In this document: piece by piece, positions 9,603-18,961 of the stretch
Layout: each line of letters begins with the position of its first letter
Position numbering within the stretch: the first letter of the stretch is position 1
Translations under genes and position numbers: made by a program
The notes under the pieces: generated by a model
Seen by the model: the letters and a program-made list of their open reading frames with translations, nothing else
Told to the model about the DNA's origin: nothing
Database searches by the model: none
Assembly: GCA_965213675.1 (NCBI GenBank)
Contig: OZ243916.1
Coordinates: forward strand, 3,264,001-3,328,000
Length of the DNA stretch: 64,000 nucleotides
Source: an uncultured Candidatus Binatia bacterium
GTDB lineage: Bacteria > Desulfobacterota > Binatia > UBA9968 > JAJDTQ01
Direction of reading: 5' to 3'

Positions 9603-10345
9603 CGTCCGCGCGCCGGCCCGCGGGGGGGACGGGGAGCGGAGGGGGCGGCCGGAGGGAGGCCGCTGCGGATCAGCGCCAAGGCGGCCTTGACGCGGTTGTT
9701 CACCTTGAGCTTGGTGAGGATGTTGGTCACGTGGGCCTTGACGGTGCGTTCGCTGATGAACGTGAGCGCGGCAATTTCTTCGTTGCTGAGCCCCTCGGCC
9801 ACGAGTCGGAGTACCTCCATCTCGCGGCGGGTCAGGCTTTTCAGGGCGTCCGCGTCGTGGGCGGGAAAATCGTGGTCGGTGCGCGTGGCGATGGCAACGA
9901 AATCGCCGGCGTGGGGGAGGCTTGGGTCGATCCACACGCGGCCACGCGATACCGTCCGTATCGCCTGGAACAGCGTCTCGGGCGCGGCGTCTTTCAGCAC
10001 ATAGCCGCGCGCGCCGGCTTTGGCCGTGTCCATGATGCTGTCCGCGTCCTCATAAGCGGTGAGTATGAGGGTTTTTGTGCCGCGATGCTCCTTCCTGATG
10101 TGCAACAGAGTCTGCACGGCCTCGCCCCCGGGCATCCGCAAGTCCAGCAATAGCACTTCGGCTTCGCCCTCCCCCACGGCCGGCCCCACCTCCTCCGCTC
10201 GCGCTGCCTCGGCCGTCACCAGGAAGTCCCGTTCCCGGGCCAGAAGCTGCTTCAACCCTTCGCGGAACAGCGTGTGATCGTCGGCCAGGACGATCTTGAT
10301 CGGCTTGATAAGCGACGCTTTCTCTGTTTGCTCCGGGCGTTGCAC
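9599..10345 (-). CDS. NarL/LuxR-family response regulator (no cognate kinase nearby)
   Basis: Receiver IVLADDH...LLLDLRMP...GYVLK and HTH LTRREMEVLRLVAEGLSNEEIA. Confidence 0.92.
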   Translation of the reverse strand: MQRPEQTEKASLIKPIKIVLADDHTLFREGLKQLLARERDFLVTAEAARAEEVGPAVGEGEAEVLLLDLRMPGGEAVQTLLHIRKEHRGTKTLILTAYEDADSIMDTAKAGARGYVLKDAAPETLFQAIRTVSRGRVWIDPSLPHAGDFVAIATRTDHDFPAHDADALKSLTRREMEVLRLVAEGLSNEEIAALTFISERTVKAHVTNILTKLKVNNRVKAALALIRSGLPPAAPSAPRPPRGPARGR

Positions 10346-10485
10346 GAGTCCTCATCAATCAACACGGGACCGGACGGAAGATTCCGGGATTTGCGGAAAG
10401 AGTCAACGCAATCCGTCGCATTGCAGCACAAGTGGAAGGATTCGTCCAGTACGGGACGGCATGCGTGGATGGATCGCCGGCCACC

Positions 10486-10501
10486 TGCACACCCCTTGCC
10501 A
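10486..10501 (-). promoter_or_regulatory. Putative sigma-54 -24/-12 element for the response regulator
   Basis: Minus strand TGGCAAGGGGTGTGCA (GG-N10-GC), about 140 nt upstream of the gene. Confidence 0.35.
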
Positions 10502-10855
10502 TGACCCGAACACGTCCCGACCCGCCTGGTCCTCGCTCTTGTGCTTGCGATACCCATCCCTTCCTGTTAACTTGCAATGAAACCGGCACCCGCCTCCACG
10601 CCGCGCAGCAGAGGCCGGCCCCCTATCGCCGTGGCTACACGGTCCATATGTCAATTCGCCGCCGAATATGGCACATAAAGTCATTCCAAGGTACAACAAT
10701 ATGGGCCTTTCGGGCGACCCAAACGAGGAAAAACCTACCAAAGGACAATTGCATACTGACTGCCAAAGCCGTAGTAAACACGGGACAGGTGATTTGTTCT
10801 CACAGGGCGGGCAAACGGTTTGTCTCGGATAACTTTGATTACCAAGGAGGAGGTC

Positions 10856-12211
10856 ATGAATATGGTGTTCAAAAAGGCGCTCGGTCTCGCAAGTGCCTTG
10901 GTTTTAACGGTAGTGATGGTGCTTGCGACGTCGCCGGTTCAGGCGTCGGATGTGGACGCGCGCATCCAGGCCTTGGAGCAGGAACTGACGCTGTTGAAGC
11001 AGAATCAGGAACTGTCCAACGAGCGTGCCCTGGCGGCCGAGATGAAGGGACCGTCCTTCAAGTATGCCGCCGGCAAGGGCTTGACGATCGCCGGTGCGGA
11101 CAACGCATGGAGCATCAAGTTCACCCAGAGGCTGCAGGCCTACTACAGCCTTTGGCTGAGCAATGAGAATCCGGATGCAGGCTACCAGAACCTGGAGTTC
11201 CGCTCCCGGCGTTTTCGGCCGACCATCGACGTCACGTCACAGCAGGGCTTCTACAAGGTCACATGGCTTCTGAACGACGGTAGCGATGGAACAGCCTTTG
11301 GTGGCGATGGATACCTCAACTTCGACAAGTTGAACCCGTGGCTCCCGAGCTTCGGTTGGGGTTACAGCCCGTCCTTCAAGGGCAACACGCAAGCAGGCGC
11401 CTTCCGCACTGAAGACAGCCCGCTTCTGGATGGCTTGGGGATTGGCGGACAGCAGGATGGAAGTTTCGTACTGTCCTGGACGAAGTTGCCGAACATGGGT
11501 ATCGCCAAGATCAGTCATCTGCAGTTCGCGTGGGGCCAGGACAATCAGGCCGAAGCAGCCCAGGGGGACGATGGCAATAGCACGGGTTTCGCGCTGGGCT
11601 TGAAGCCTCTCGCCGGCGCCGAAGGAATGGGCGGCCTCTCCCTGTCGAGCCTTTCGTACAGCGTGGGCTATCAGGCCCACAGCAAAACGGCGTCCCGTGT
11701 CCGGGCACGTACCCCCGGGCTGGCGAACAGGCCGGCCTTGATCGACATCAAGGGAGACGGAGCGACGAGCGCCGACACGGAGTACTGGTCCCACGGCTTG
11801 GGATGGTCCCCGTTGAAGTGGCTGTCGTTCTCTGCCAATTTCGCTACCTACGAGCGGGATCCGGGTGACGGCGTCGACGTCGAAGCTACGGACATTCGGG
11901 TCGCGGCACGGGTATGGCTGTGGGGGCCCAAGAGCGGCATGATGGGTGGAAGCAAGGGTGAAGGCGGCTTCTACATCTCCCCGCTCTACAACGTGGCCGA
12001 TGTAGACTTTGAGGGCGAGACCTCCGAAGTGACCAACTCCGGCGTGGCCCTTGTTTACAATGTTCCCGGCGGTTGGATGCAGATCCACGGTGTGTGGGAT
12101 AACTACGGCTGTGAGGGCCCCTGCCCCGGCCAAAATTTCAAGGACGTGATCACCGAGGACGGCGACGACGACTTCAGCGTGTTCACGGTGGTGGTCGAGT
12201 ACAGGTTCTAG
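10856..12211 (+). CDS. Outer-membrane porin (OprO/P-like), N-terminal coiled coil
   Basis: Strong [13 protein letters not shown], signal peptide, coiled coil DARIQALEQEL, amphipathic beta strands, C-terminal YRF. Confidence 0.7.
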   Translation: MNMVFKKALGLASALVLTVVMVLATSPVQASDVDARIQALEQELTLLKQNQELSNERALAAEMKGPSFKYAAGKGLTIAGADNAWSIKFTQRLQAYYSLWLSNENPDAGYQNLEFRSRRFRPTIDVTSQQGFYKVTWLLNDGSDGTAFGGDGYLNFDKLNPWLPSFGWGYSPSFKGNTQAGAFRTEDSPLLDGLGIGGQQDGSFVLSWTKLPNMGIAKISHLQFAWGQDNQAEAAQGDDGNSTGFALGLKPLAGAEGMGGLSLSSLSYSVGYQAHSKTASRVRARTPGLANRPALIDIKGDGATSADTEYWSHGLGWSPLKWLSFSANFATYERDPGDGVDVEATDIRVAARVWLWGPKSGMMGGSKGEGGFYISPLYNVADVDFEGETSEVTNSGVALVYNVPGGWMQIHGVWDNYGCEGPCPGQNFKDVITEDGDDDFSVFTVVVEYRF

Positions 12212-12234
12212 CGGTTCATCGCGAACCGAATCGC

Positions 12235-12274
12235 AACAGGGTCGCTCCGTCACGGGGCGGCCCTGTTTTCGTTT
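12235..12274 (+). terminator. Intrinsic terminator after the porin gene
   Basis: AACAGGGTCGCTCCG-loop-CGGGGCGGCCCTGTTTT. Confidence 0.75.
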
Positions 12275-12440
12275 GAACGAAAGAGGGAACAGATTCGGGA
12301 TGACGAACAGCGATGGAATGGATGGCAACCACGGTGAGGCAAAGGTGTTGCGGGTTCGTTGCGTTGGGTCTATACGTAACCATCTCGGGGTCGGAAGACA
12401 GCGCGGAACGGTTGGGGACGCAGAGCTTCATGGGGGAGTG

Positions 12441-13100
12441 ATGGTGCGATTCGGACACGTGACGTGGGGAGTGCTTGGTACGGTTGTGGTCTCGATTTTG
12501 CTGGTGACTTCCCTGTCGGGCTGTTGGAGACCTTCGGGCATCGGCGTCGGCGGCAACTACAACGACGCGTTGCTGGAGTTGGGCAGGACACAGCGGGGCG
12601 GGGACGTGCAGAAGGCCATCAGGCACCTTGAATTTGTGGTCCGCAGGAACCCCAAGTACAAGGACAGCCTCACGCAGCTAGGGCGTGCCTATTACTATGC
12701 GGGCCGCTACGGCTTGTCCTTTGAAGTCTTGAAACGCGCATTGGCGGTGAACCGCGAGGACGAGATCGGCTGGATCGTTCTGGGTTTGACACAGATGCAG
12801 CAGGGAGACGATGAGGCCGGCCTGGAGAGCTTCAAGGGGGGCCTGACGTTGCTGATCCAGGCGACGAAGGAGGGCTACCGGGACTTTACGGACGAGTTCT
12901 GGGACACGCGAGGGGTCGTACGGCGCGCCCTGCGGCGAAGCGTTTCATTGGTGCGCAAGGGTGTTGTGGAGAAGCGCCGGATCATTCAATCGGGCGAACT
13001 CTTGCTGCACCGCATCGACCTTGAAGTCTATGACGCCGAGGAACACCAGACCCACAGCGAGTATATGGATTCCCGCCGGGATCGCAACAAGGACAACTAG
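12441..13100 (+). CDS. TPR-repeat lipoprotein
   Basis: Lipobox LSGC; TPR-like helices (LGRAYYYAGRY...ALAVN, WIVLGLTQ). Confidence 0.7.
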   Translation: MVRFGHVTWGVLGTVVVSILLVTSLSGCWRPSGIGVGGNYNDALLELGRTQRGGDVQKAIRHLEFVVRRNPKYKDSLTQLGRAYYYAGRYGLSFEVLKRALAVNREDEIGWIVLGLTQMQQGDDEAGLESFKGGLTLLIQATKEGYRDFTDEFWDTRGVVRRALRRSVSLVRKGVVEKRRIIQSGELLLHRIDLEVYDAEEHQTHSEYMDSRRDRNKDN

Positions 13101-13166
13101 CAAGGCACACCTCAGACCGGCGAGCCCGGAAATCTTGACTATGGCAGTCAAGATCAGCCGTAGACC

Positions 13167-13919
13167 TTACGGCTGTAGACCTTGTAGATAATGGGGTCTG
13201 AGGCTACCGTTTCGCAACTGCATTTCTGCGGCTGCCAGCCGCTCAGGGGTCCCCAAATCCTGCCAGTCACCGTCGAAGGGAAAACCGCAAAGGCGCTCGG
13301 AGCCGGCGAGCATACGGGCATAGGTCGTGCGGGTTATACTGAAGGGCTCTGGGCCAGTCATGTATTGGAAGATCCGGGGTTCAACCACGTGAACTCCGGT
13401 GAACATGTACTGTGCCAGAGGGGCTGGAGTGGCGCCTGGGGCTTCGTGGTGCAGCAGTTTTCGGATTGTTCCCTCGGCATCGGTCCAGATGGCCCCGTAT
13501 TCGTCTGCCAACGGGTCGTTTCTGAGGACGAGGGTTGCGGCGGGTTCGTGGACGCGGTGGAAGCGCAACACCTCGTCCAGCCGCAGATCGATCAGCACGT
13601 CGCTGTTCATGATCACGAAGGTGTCCTGGTCCAGAAAACTCCGGGCGCCCAGAAGGCCGCCGCCAGTGTCCAGCAGCACCGGCTCCCGGGAGTAGACGAT
13701 GTCCACACTGAAGCGCGCGCCGTCACCCAGATAGGCTTCCACCCGCTCGGCGTGGTGGTGGACGTTGACGACGATCTCGCGCACCCCGTAATGGCGCAGC
13801 AGCAGCAGCGGGTAGTCGATCATGGGCCTGCCGTTCACCGGCACCAGACACTTGGGGAGATTGTCCGTGAGGGGTCGAAGCCGGGTGCCGAGGCCCGCGG
13901 CGAAGAGCATCGCCTTCAC
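13167..13919 (-). CDS. murU: MurU-like NDP-sugar nucleotidyltransferase
   Basis: KAMLFAAGLGTRLRPLT, LDTGGGL and WQDLGTPE; translationally coupled to the amgK-like gene. Confidence 0.75.
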   Translation of the reverse strand: MKAMLFAAGLGTRLRPLTDNLPKCLVPVNGRPMIDYPLLLLRHYGVREIVVNVHHHAERVEAYLGDGARFSVDIVYSREPVLLDTGGGLLGARSFLDQDTFVIMNSDVLIDLRLDEVLRFHRVHEPAATLVLRNDPLADEYGAIWTDAEGTIRKLLHHEAPGATPAPLAQYMFTGVHVVEPRIFQYMTGPEPFSITRTTYARMLAGSERLCGFPFDGDWQDLGTPERLAAAEMQLRNGSLRPHYLQGLQP

Positions 13920-14992
13920 GCGATTTCCTCGAAGTGTCGGGCAAGGACCGGGACGAGTGGTTCCAATCCCGGCGTCCGCCGGAGGTTGCGGCCGATGCGG
14001 CGCAGAGTGGCGGGAATGTAACGCGTATATCCGGGCTTGCCCTTCACCAGGTCGAGGTAACGGAATCGGCCCACCACCTTCAAATCCCGTTGCACGGCCG
14101 ACAACAGGTAGGTCTCGCGGAACGCGCCGCGGTCGGGGCGGGGCTCGCCCCATGCTTCCAGCCGTCCGAGATAGTAGTCGAGGAGGTCCTCCTCCATCGA
14201 CGGGGTGACCGCCTGATCGGTCTCGCGGTCGTTCAGCAGCGAGGCCAGATCGTACTGCGCCGGCGCCAGCAGCGCGTCCTGGAAGTCGATCAGCACCACG
14301 GCGTCGTTGTGCACCATGATGTTCCAGCTATGGTAATCGCGGTGGCTGAGCACGCGTGGCTGGTTGGCGAGACGCGTCGCCATGTTCTCGAATGTTTGGT
14401 CCAGGAGCCGCCGTTCCGCGGGTGGCAGGCTCCCCGGGTCGCCCGCCTCCAGCCCGTACTCGATGAAATGAGTCAATTCCCAGAAGTATAGCGTCCGGTC
14501 GAACGCCTGCCGGAAGGCGATGCAGCGGTCGTCCCTGCCCCGCGTGCCGCCGATTTGCAGGCGCAGCAACTCGTCCATGGCCTTGCGATACCACCGGAGC
14601 ACCTCCGCCTCCGGCGCCTCCCGCACCCGGTCCCAGAGACTCAGGTCCCCAAGGTCCTCAAGGAGCATCAGGCCCCGCCCATCCTCGCTCCAGTGACCGT
14701 AGATCGCCGGCACCCGAACGCCGGCCGCGCTGAGAAAGCGGTGGACGTTGAGGAAAGGTAATTCCTCCGGCGGCTCGTGGAAAATCGCCAGCTCCTCCGA
14801 CGAAATCGGCAGCCCCGAGTCGCTCCAGCTCATGACGATGATGGAACCAGGCCCGTCCGGTGCGTCGAGGCCGGCGCGGAAATAACGGCGCGACGACGCG
14901 TCCCCGGCCAGCGCCGCCAAACCCGTCACCCGCGCCCCCGTCCCCAGTACTTCCGCCACCTTGGCCCCAATCCGATCCTTCAGCCCCTCCAT
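13916..14992 (-). CDS. amgK: AmgK-like anomeric MurNAc/GlcNAc kinase (APH fold)
   Basis: LAGDASSRRYFR, LLEDLGD, HRDYHSWN, IDFQDA and QRDLKVVGRF. Confidence 0.75.
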   Translation of the reverse strand: MEGLKDRIGAKVAEVLGTGARVTGLAALAGDASSRRYFRAGLDAPDGPGSIIVMSWSDSGLPISSEELAIFHEPPEELPFLNVHRFLSAAGVRVPAIYGHWSEDGRGLMLLEDLGDLSLWDRVREAPEAEVLRWYRKAMDELLRLQIGGTRGRDDRCIAFRQAFDRTLYFWELTHFIEYGLEAGDPGSLPPAERRLLDQTFENMATRLANQPRVLSHRDYHSWNIMVHNDAVVLIDFQDALLAPAQYDLASLLNDRETDQAVTPSMEEDLLDYYLGRLEAWGEPRPDRGAFRETYLLSAVQRDLKVVGRFRYLDLVKGKPGYTRYIPATLRRIGRNLRRTPGLEPLVPVLARHFEEIA

Positions 14993-15018
14993 GGTTGCTG
15001 ATGTACCCAATAGCCTTC

Positions 15019-15049
15019 CTGAATGCCACAAGCCTTCGCGGGAATGAGG
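15019..15049 (-). repeat. Degenerate REP-like palindrome (CGTC/TCATTCCCGCG type)
   Basis: Minus strand CCTCATTCCCGCGAAGGC...ATTCAG resembles the copy at 16452. Confidence 0.4.
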
Positions 15050-15145
15050 ATGCGTGGGTTGGTGCGCGCTTGTGACACTCGGGGGGAGAAGGCGGCGGGA
15101 ATGCCCGAAGGAGCGGCGGAATCCCGGTTGGCGACGTCCTGGCTA

Positions 15146-15302
15146 GTGTCGTGTCCCGTAAATTCCTGCGACAAGTTGCGCAGGATTTGTTGTTGTCGGC
15201 GAGGCGCGATAACGGGCAGTGGCGGGCACCACGCGAGGAGGAGCTACGCAGCCCACGGGGACAAAACTGCACATTATCGCAGTAGTTTACGGGACACGAC
15301 AC
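15146..15302 (+). mobile_element. Family-1 hairpin MITE-like element (IS630-like ends), 157 bp
   Basis: Terminal inverted repeats GTGTCGTGTCCCGTAAA / TTTACGGGACACGACAC within CTAG...CCAG context; no ORF. Confidence 0.85.
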
Positions 15303-15305
15303 CAG

Positions 15306-15464
15306 AAGCCGGCGCCGCAGGAATTCAGGGCTGCAAATCCGCTCTCATCCGTTCCTTCGGCCGCTCGATCTCGTCAAATATGACCTGATATTCTCCTCAA
15401 TCGACCGACCGAAGGGACGGCGATAGCGAATTTTCGCTTTCGCGAATTCCCGCGGCGCAGGCTC
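15306..15464 (-). mobile_element. Family-3 hairpin MITE-like element (GAGCC/IS5-like ends), 159 bp
   Basis: Imperfect 21-nt terminal inverted repeats AAGCCGGCGCCGCAGGAATTC / GAATTCCCGCGGCGCAGGCTC, flanked by CCAG on both sides. Confidence 0.7.
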
Positions 15465-15506
15465 CCAGCTTCCTCACCCCGTGGAAATGTGTTAGCCCCC
15501 TCCTTC

Positions 15507-16349
15507 ATGTCGTTCCGTGTTGGTATGGCGCAGATCAACCCGAAATTGGGCGATATAGGGGCGAATATGGCCCTCTACGAGGCCCGGGTATGCGAGGCCG
15601 CGGCCGCTGGGGTCGATGTCCTCGTGTTCCCCGAGCTGAGTCTCACGGGCTATTTCCTGCGCGACATGGTGCCGGACGTGGCCGTCAGCCTGGAGAGCCC
15701 CGAGATGGAGCGCCTCCGGGCGCTTAGCCAGGAGGTTTCCCTGGTAGCGGGTCTCGTGCTGGAGAGTCCGGACCACCGCTTTTTCAACGCCGCGGTCTAT
15801 CTGGAAGACGGCGAGATCGGCCACGTGCACCGCAAGGTGTACCTGCCCACCTACGGCATGTTCGACGAGCAGCGTTACTTCGCCCGCGGCAATCGGTTGC
15901 GCGCCTTCGACACGCGCTACGGACGCCTTGCGCTGCTCGTGTGCGAGGACCTCTGGCATCCATCCACCGTCTACCTTGCGGCGCTGGACGGGGCGCTCTC
16001 CATCGTCTGTCCCTCTTCCAGCCCCCTGCGCGGGGTCACTGACGGGATGGACCAGGACGACAACGCGGCGTATTGGGAACTCGTCAACCGGTGCTACGCG
16101 GAGACCTACGGCCTCTTCCTGGTGCATGCCAACCGCGTGGGCTTCGAGGACGGCGTGGGCTTCTGGGGCGGCTCCGGCATCGTCGATCCCTTTGGCCGCA
16201 CGGTGTGCAAGGCCGACTACTACGACGAGGCGTTCGTGGTCGGGGAGGTGTCCCACGAGGCGGTACGGCGCAAGCGTACGCGCGCGCCTCTCATGCGCGA
16301 CGAGGACCTGGACCTGACGATCCGGGAACTGGAGCGTATCCGCCGTTAA
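15507..16349 (+). CDS. Nitrilase-fold glutaminase subunit of NAD synthetase
   Basis: VFPELSLTGY, RKVYLPTYGMFDEQRYF and VCEDLW give the E-K-C triad; adjacent to nadE. Confidence 0.85.
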   Translation: MSFRVGMAQINPKLGDIGANMALYEARVCEAAAAGVDVLVFPELSLTGYFLRDMVPDVAVSLESPEMERLRALSQEVSLVAGLVLESPDHRFFNAAVYLEDGEIGHVHRKVYLPTYGMFDEQRYFARGNRLRAFDTRYGRLALLVCEDLWHPSTVYLAALDGALSIVCPSSSPLRGVTDGMDQDDNAAYWELVNRCYAETYGLFLVHANRVGFEDGVGFWGGSGIVDPFGRTVCKADYYDEAFVVGEVSHEAVRRKRTRAPLMRDEDLDLTIRELERIRR

Positions 16350-16451
16350 TGCCGTGCCCGGCGAGACACCCACGGCCCTTACGCTTGTTTCCGCGGAACC
16401 GCCTGTGTCAAAAGTCCACCCTCGCAGGGAAATGACACAGACATTCCATGC

Positions 16452-16479
16452 CGTCATTCCTGCGGAAGCGGGGATCCAG
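16452..16479 (+). repeat. REP-like palindrome (CGTCATTCC type)
   Basis: CGTCATTCCTGCGGAAGCGGGGATCCAG, with a degenerate inverted partner at about 16415-16437. Confidence 0.55.
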
Positions 16480-16511
16480 GAGTAGAGAGGGGCAGGATCG
16501 TAGACAAGCCC

Positions 16512-17327
16512 ATGATTCCCACCAATGTCTCCCTCTTGCGCCGCATTCTGGTGGCGTTCATTCGGAACGAGGTGCGCAAGGTCGGCCTCGAACGGGTGGT
16601 GGTGGGCCTTTCCGGTGGAGTGGACTCCAGCTTGAGCGCCATGCTGGCAGCGGAGGCGCTGGGCCCCGGCCAGGTGCTGGGCATCATGATGCCCTACCGC
16701 GCCTCCAGCGCCGAGAGCCTGGAGCATGCGCGCCTGGTGGCGGAGAAGAGCGGCATCCAATCGGCCACGGTGGAGATCACGCCGCAGATCGACGGCTACT
16801 TCGCCGCTTTCCCCGACGCGGATCCCAAGCGCCGGGGCAACAAGATGGCGCGGGAGCGCATGACCATCCTCTACGACCACTCGGCGCGCTGGAACGCGCT
16901 GGTGGCGGGCACCAGCAACAAGACGGAACTGCTCCTGGGCTACGGCACCCTTCACGGCGACATGGCATCGGCGCTGAACCCCTTGGGAGACCTTTACAAG
17001 ACCCAGGTGTGGGCGTTGAGCGAGGCGGTGGGCGTCCCCGGCGTCATCATCGCCAAGCAGCCCTCGGCGGACCTGTGGACCGGCCAGACCGACGAGGCCG
17101 AGCTGGGTTTCAGCTACCGCGAGGTGGACGAACTGCTCTACCTCATGGTGGACCAGCGTTACGGCCGCGCGGAGCTCATCGACGCCGGGTTTGCCGCGCC
17201 GTTCATCGACGACATCGCCCGGCGCATTCAGTCGTCGCAGTTCAAGCGCCGTCTCCCCGTCATCGCCAAAGTTTCCCACCGCACCATCGACCGCGACTTT
17301 CGCTACTCCCGGGACTGGGGCAAGTAA
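16512..17327 (+). CDS. nadE: NAD+ synthetase (synthetase subunit)
   Basis: [30 protein letters not shown] and TDEAELG. Confidence 0.95.
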   Translation: MIPTNVSLLRRILVAFIRNEVRKVGLERVVVGLSGGVDSSLSAMLAAEALGPGQVLGIMMPYRASSAESLEHARLVAEKSGIQSATVEITPQIDGYFAAFPDADPKRRGNKMARERMTILYDHSARWNALVAGTSNKTELLLGYGTLHGDMASALNPLGDLYKTQVWALSEAVGVPGVIIAKQPSADLWTGQTDEAELGFSYREVDELLYLMVDQRYGRAELIDAGFAAPFIDDIARRIQSSQFKRRLPVIAKVSHRTIDRDFRYSRDWGK

Positions 17328-17398
17328 CCCTCCCTCCATCACCCCCCGGCGATGCAGGAAAGGACCTTCGGAGTTCATGTCGCCGGAAGGCATGACTT

Positions 17399-17426
17399 GT
17401 GGGAGCGACCGGCCGGTCGCCCCCAC
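17399..17426. repeat. GTAG-type REP palindrome
   Basis: GTGGGAGCGACCGGCCGGTCGCCCCCAC; related copies at 22805, 42163, 42211, 51904, 51940 and 52035. Confidence 0.65.
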
Positions 17427-17902
17427 GGGAGGTCGGCCGGTTACGCAGTGGCGGCGCGCGCCCCCGGAATCCTTGATAAATCCTTGATTCATGCGATCTT
17501 GGCTCGAACCGTCAGGATTCCCGGACTCGCCGGTCCAGGCGTAGCCTCGCGTGCTTCGAAGTCGAAGGACGTCATCCCGAAGGACTCCGTCGCGCGGAGC
17601 GGCAATGGATCAGAACCTGTTTGAAACGCGAGGCCGGCCGGCCTGGTTTCCCTCCCCCGCCTACGGCCGCAACGCGCGGCAAAGTTTGACATCGCGCGCG
17701 AAATCTGAAGAAATGTCACGACACGAGCGGAGCGGTGTTGGCGGCCACCATGGCGTCGGCGTGGTGGCCTTTTCGCGTTGTTCCGCCGTGTTTTTGTTGC
17801 GACTTTTTGTTGCGGCTCTTGTCGTAGCTACTGTCGTGATTTCTGTGTTTACGATGTTTGCAATGCGCGAGCGTGGAGCGCGGAACGCGCCGGAGAGAGC
17901 CC

Positions 17903-18820
17903 ATGGCCGTGAGGAGCGAGAAGATCTGGGTCGATGGTGAGATGGTGAACTGGGACGACGCCAAGGTCCACGTCATGAGCCATGCGCTTCATTACGGCAC
18001 CGCGTACTTCGAGGGGATTCGCTGCTATGCCCTGGACGACGAGCGCTCGGCCGTCTTCCGTCTGGCCGAGCACCTGCGGCGGTTCCGCGACTCCGGGCAC
18101 ATCCTCGGCACGCCGCTGCCCTACAGCGTCGAGCAGATGACCGAGGCGGTGCTGGACGTGATCCGGGTGAACCGCCTGAAGGAGTGCTATATTCGCCCGC
18201 TGGCGTTCGTGGGCGACGGCGAGATGGGGCTGTACGCGCGCAACAACCCTGTGAGGGTGATCGTGGCGGCATGGGCCTGGGGGGCGTACCTGGGTGACGA
18301 GGGCCTCAAGCGCGGCATCCGCGCCAAGGTCTCTTCCTACACACGCCATCACGTCAACGTGATGATGACCAACAGCAAGGTCTCCGGCAACTACGTCAAC
18401 TCCGTGCTGGCCAAGCACGAGGTCAAGCTCGCGGGCTACGACGAAGCCATCATGCTCGACCCCGAGGGGTGCGTTTCCGAGGCCAGCGGCGAAAACCTGT
18501 TCATCGTGAAGGACGGGCAGCTCAGGACCGCGCCCGTGACCTCCATCCTTCCGGGCATCAACCGCGCCAGCGTCATCGAGCTGGCGCGCGCCAAGGGGTA
18601 CCAGGTGACCGAGGAACGTTTCGCCCGGGATGCCCTCTACATCGCCGACGAGGCGTTTCTCACGGGCACGGCCGCGGAGGTGACGCCCATCCGCGAGGTG
18701 GACGACCGCGCCATCGGCGAGGGCAAGCCGGGCCCCGTGACCCTGGACCTGCAACAGGCGTTCTTCGACGTCATTCGCGGCCGCAACGAAGGCCACCAGC
18801 ACTGGCTCACCCCCGTGTGA
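17903..18820 (+). CDS. ilvE: Branched-chain amino acid aminotransferase
   Basis: ALHYGTAYFEGIRCY, YIRPL, KVSGNYVNS, EASGENLF and GTAAEVTPI. Confidence 0.95.
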   Translation: MAVRSEKIWVDGEMVNWDDAKVHVMSHALHYGTAYFEGIRCYALDDERSAVFRLAEHLRRFRDSGHILGTPLPYSVEQMTEAVLDVIRVNRLKECYIRPLAFVGDGEMGLYARNNPVRVIVAAWAWGAYLGDEGLKRGIRAKVSSYTRHHVNVMMTNSKVSGNYVNSVLAKHEVKLAGYDEAIMLDPEGCVSEASGENLFIVKDGQLRTAPVTSILPGINRASVIELARAKGYQVTEERFARDALYIADEAFLTGTAAEVTPIREVDDRAIGEGKPGPVTLDLQQAFFDVIRGRNEGHQHWLTPV

Positions 18821-18961
18821 TGACCCCCGTGTGACCGGGGCTCTTGAGAGTTCACGTCCTTCGATTTCCTTCCGGTGGCGCGGAGCTACACTCGGGACGA
18901 ACAGCGGGAAGGGTTCCGCAACCCGTAGCCGTTCATCCTCAGCCCTGAAGAGGCTCCTGCG

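Noticed and set aside
13167-14992. amgK-murU as a novel system
   Set aside because: This is the known peptidoglycan-recycling shortcut.
18835-18960. Possible fourth degenerate GAGCC-ended hairpin element after ilvE
   Set aside because: Only one convincing end (GAAGAGGCTC-CTG) and a weak core; too decayed to call.
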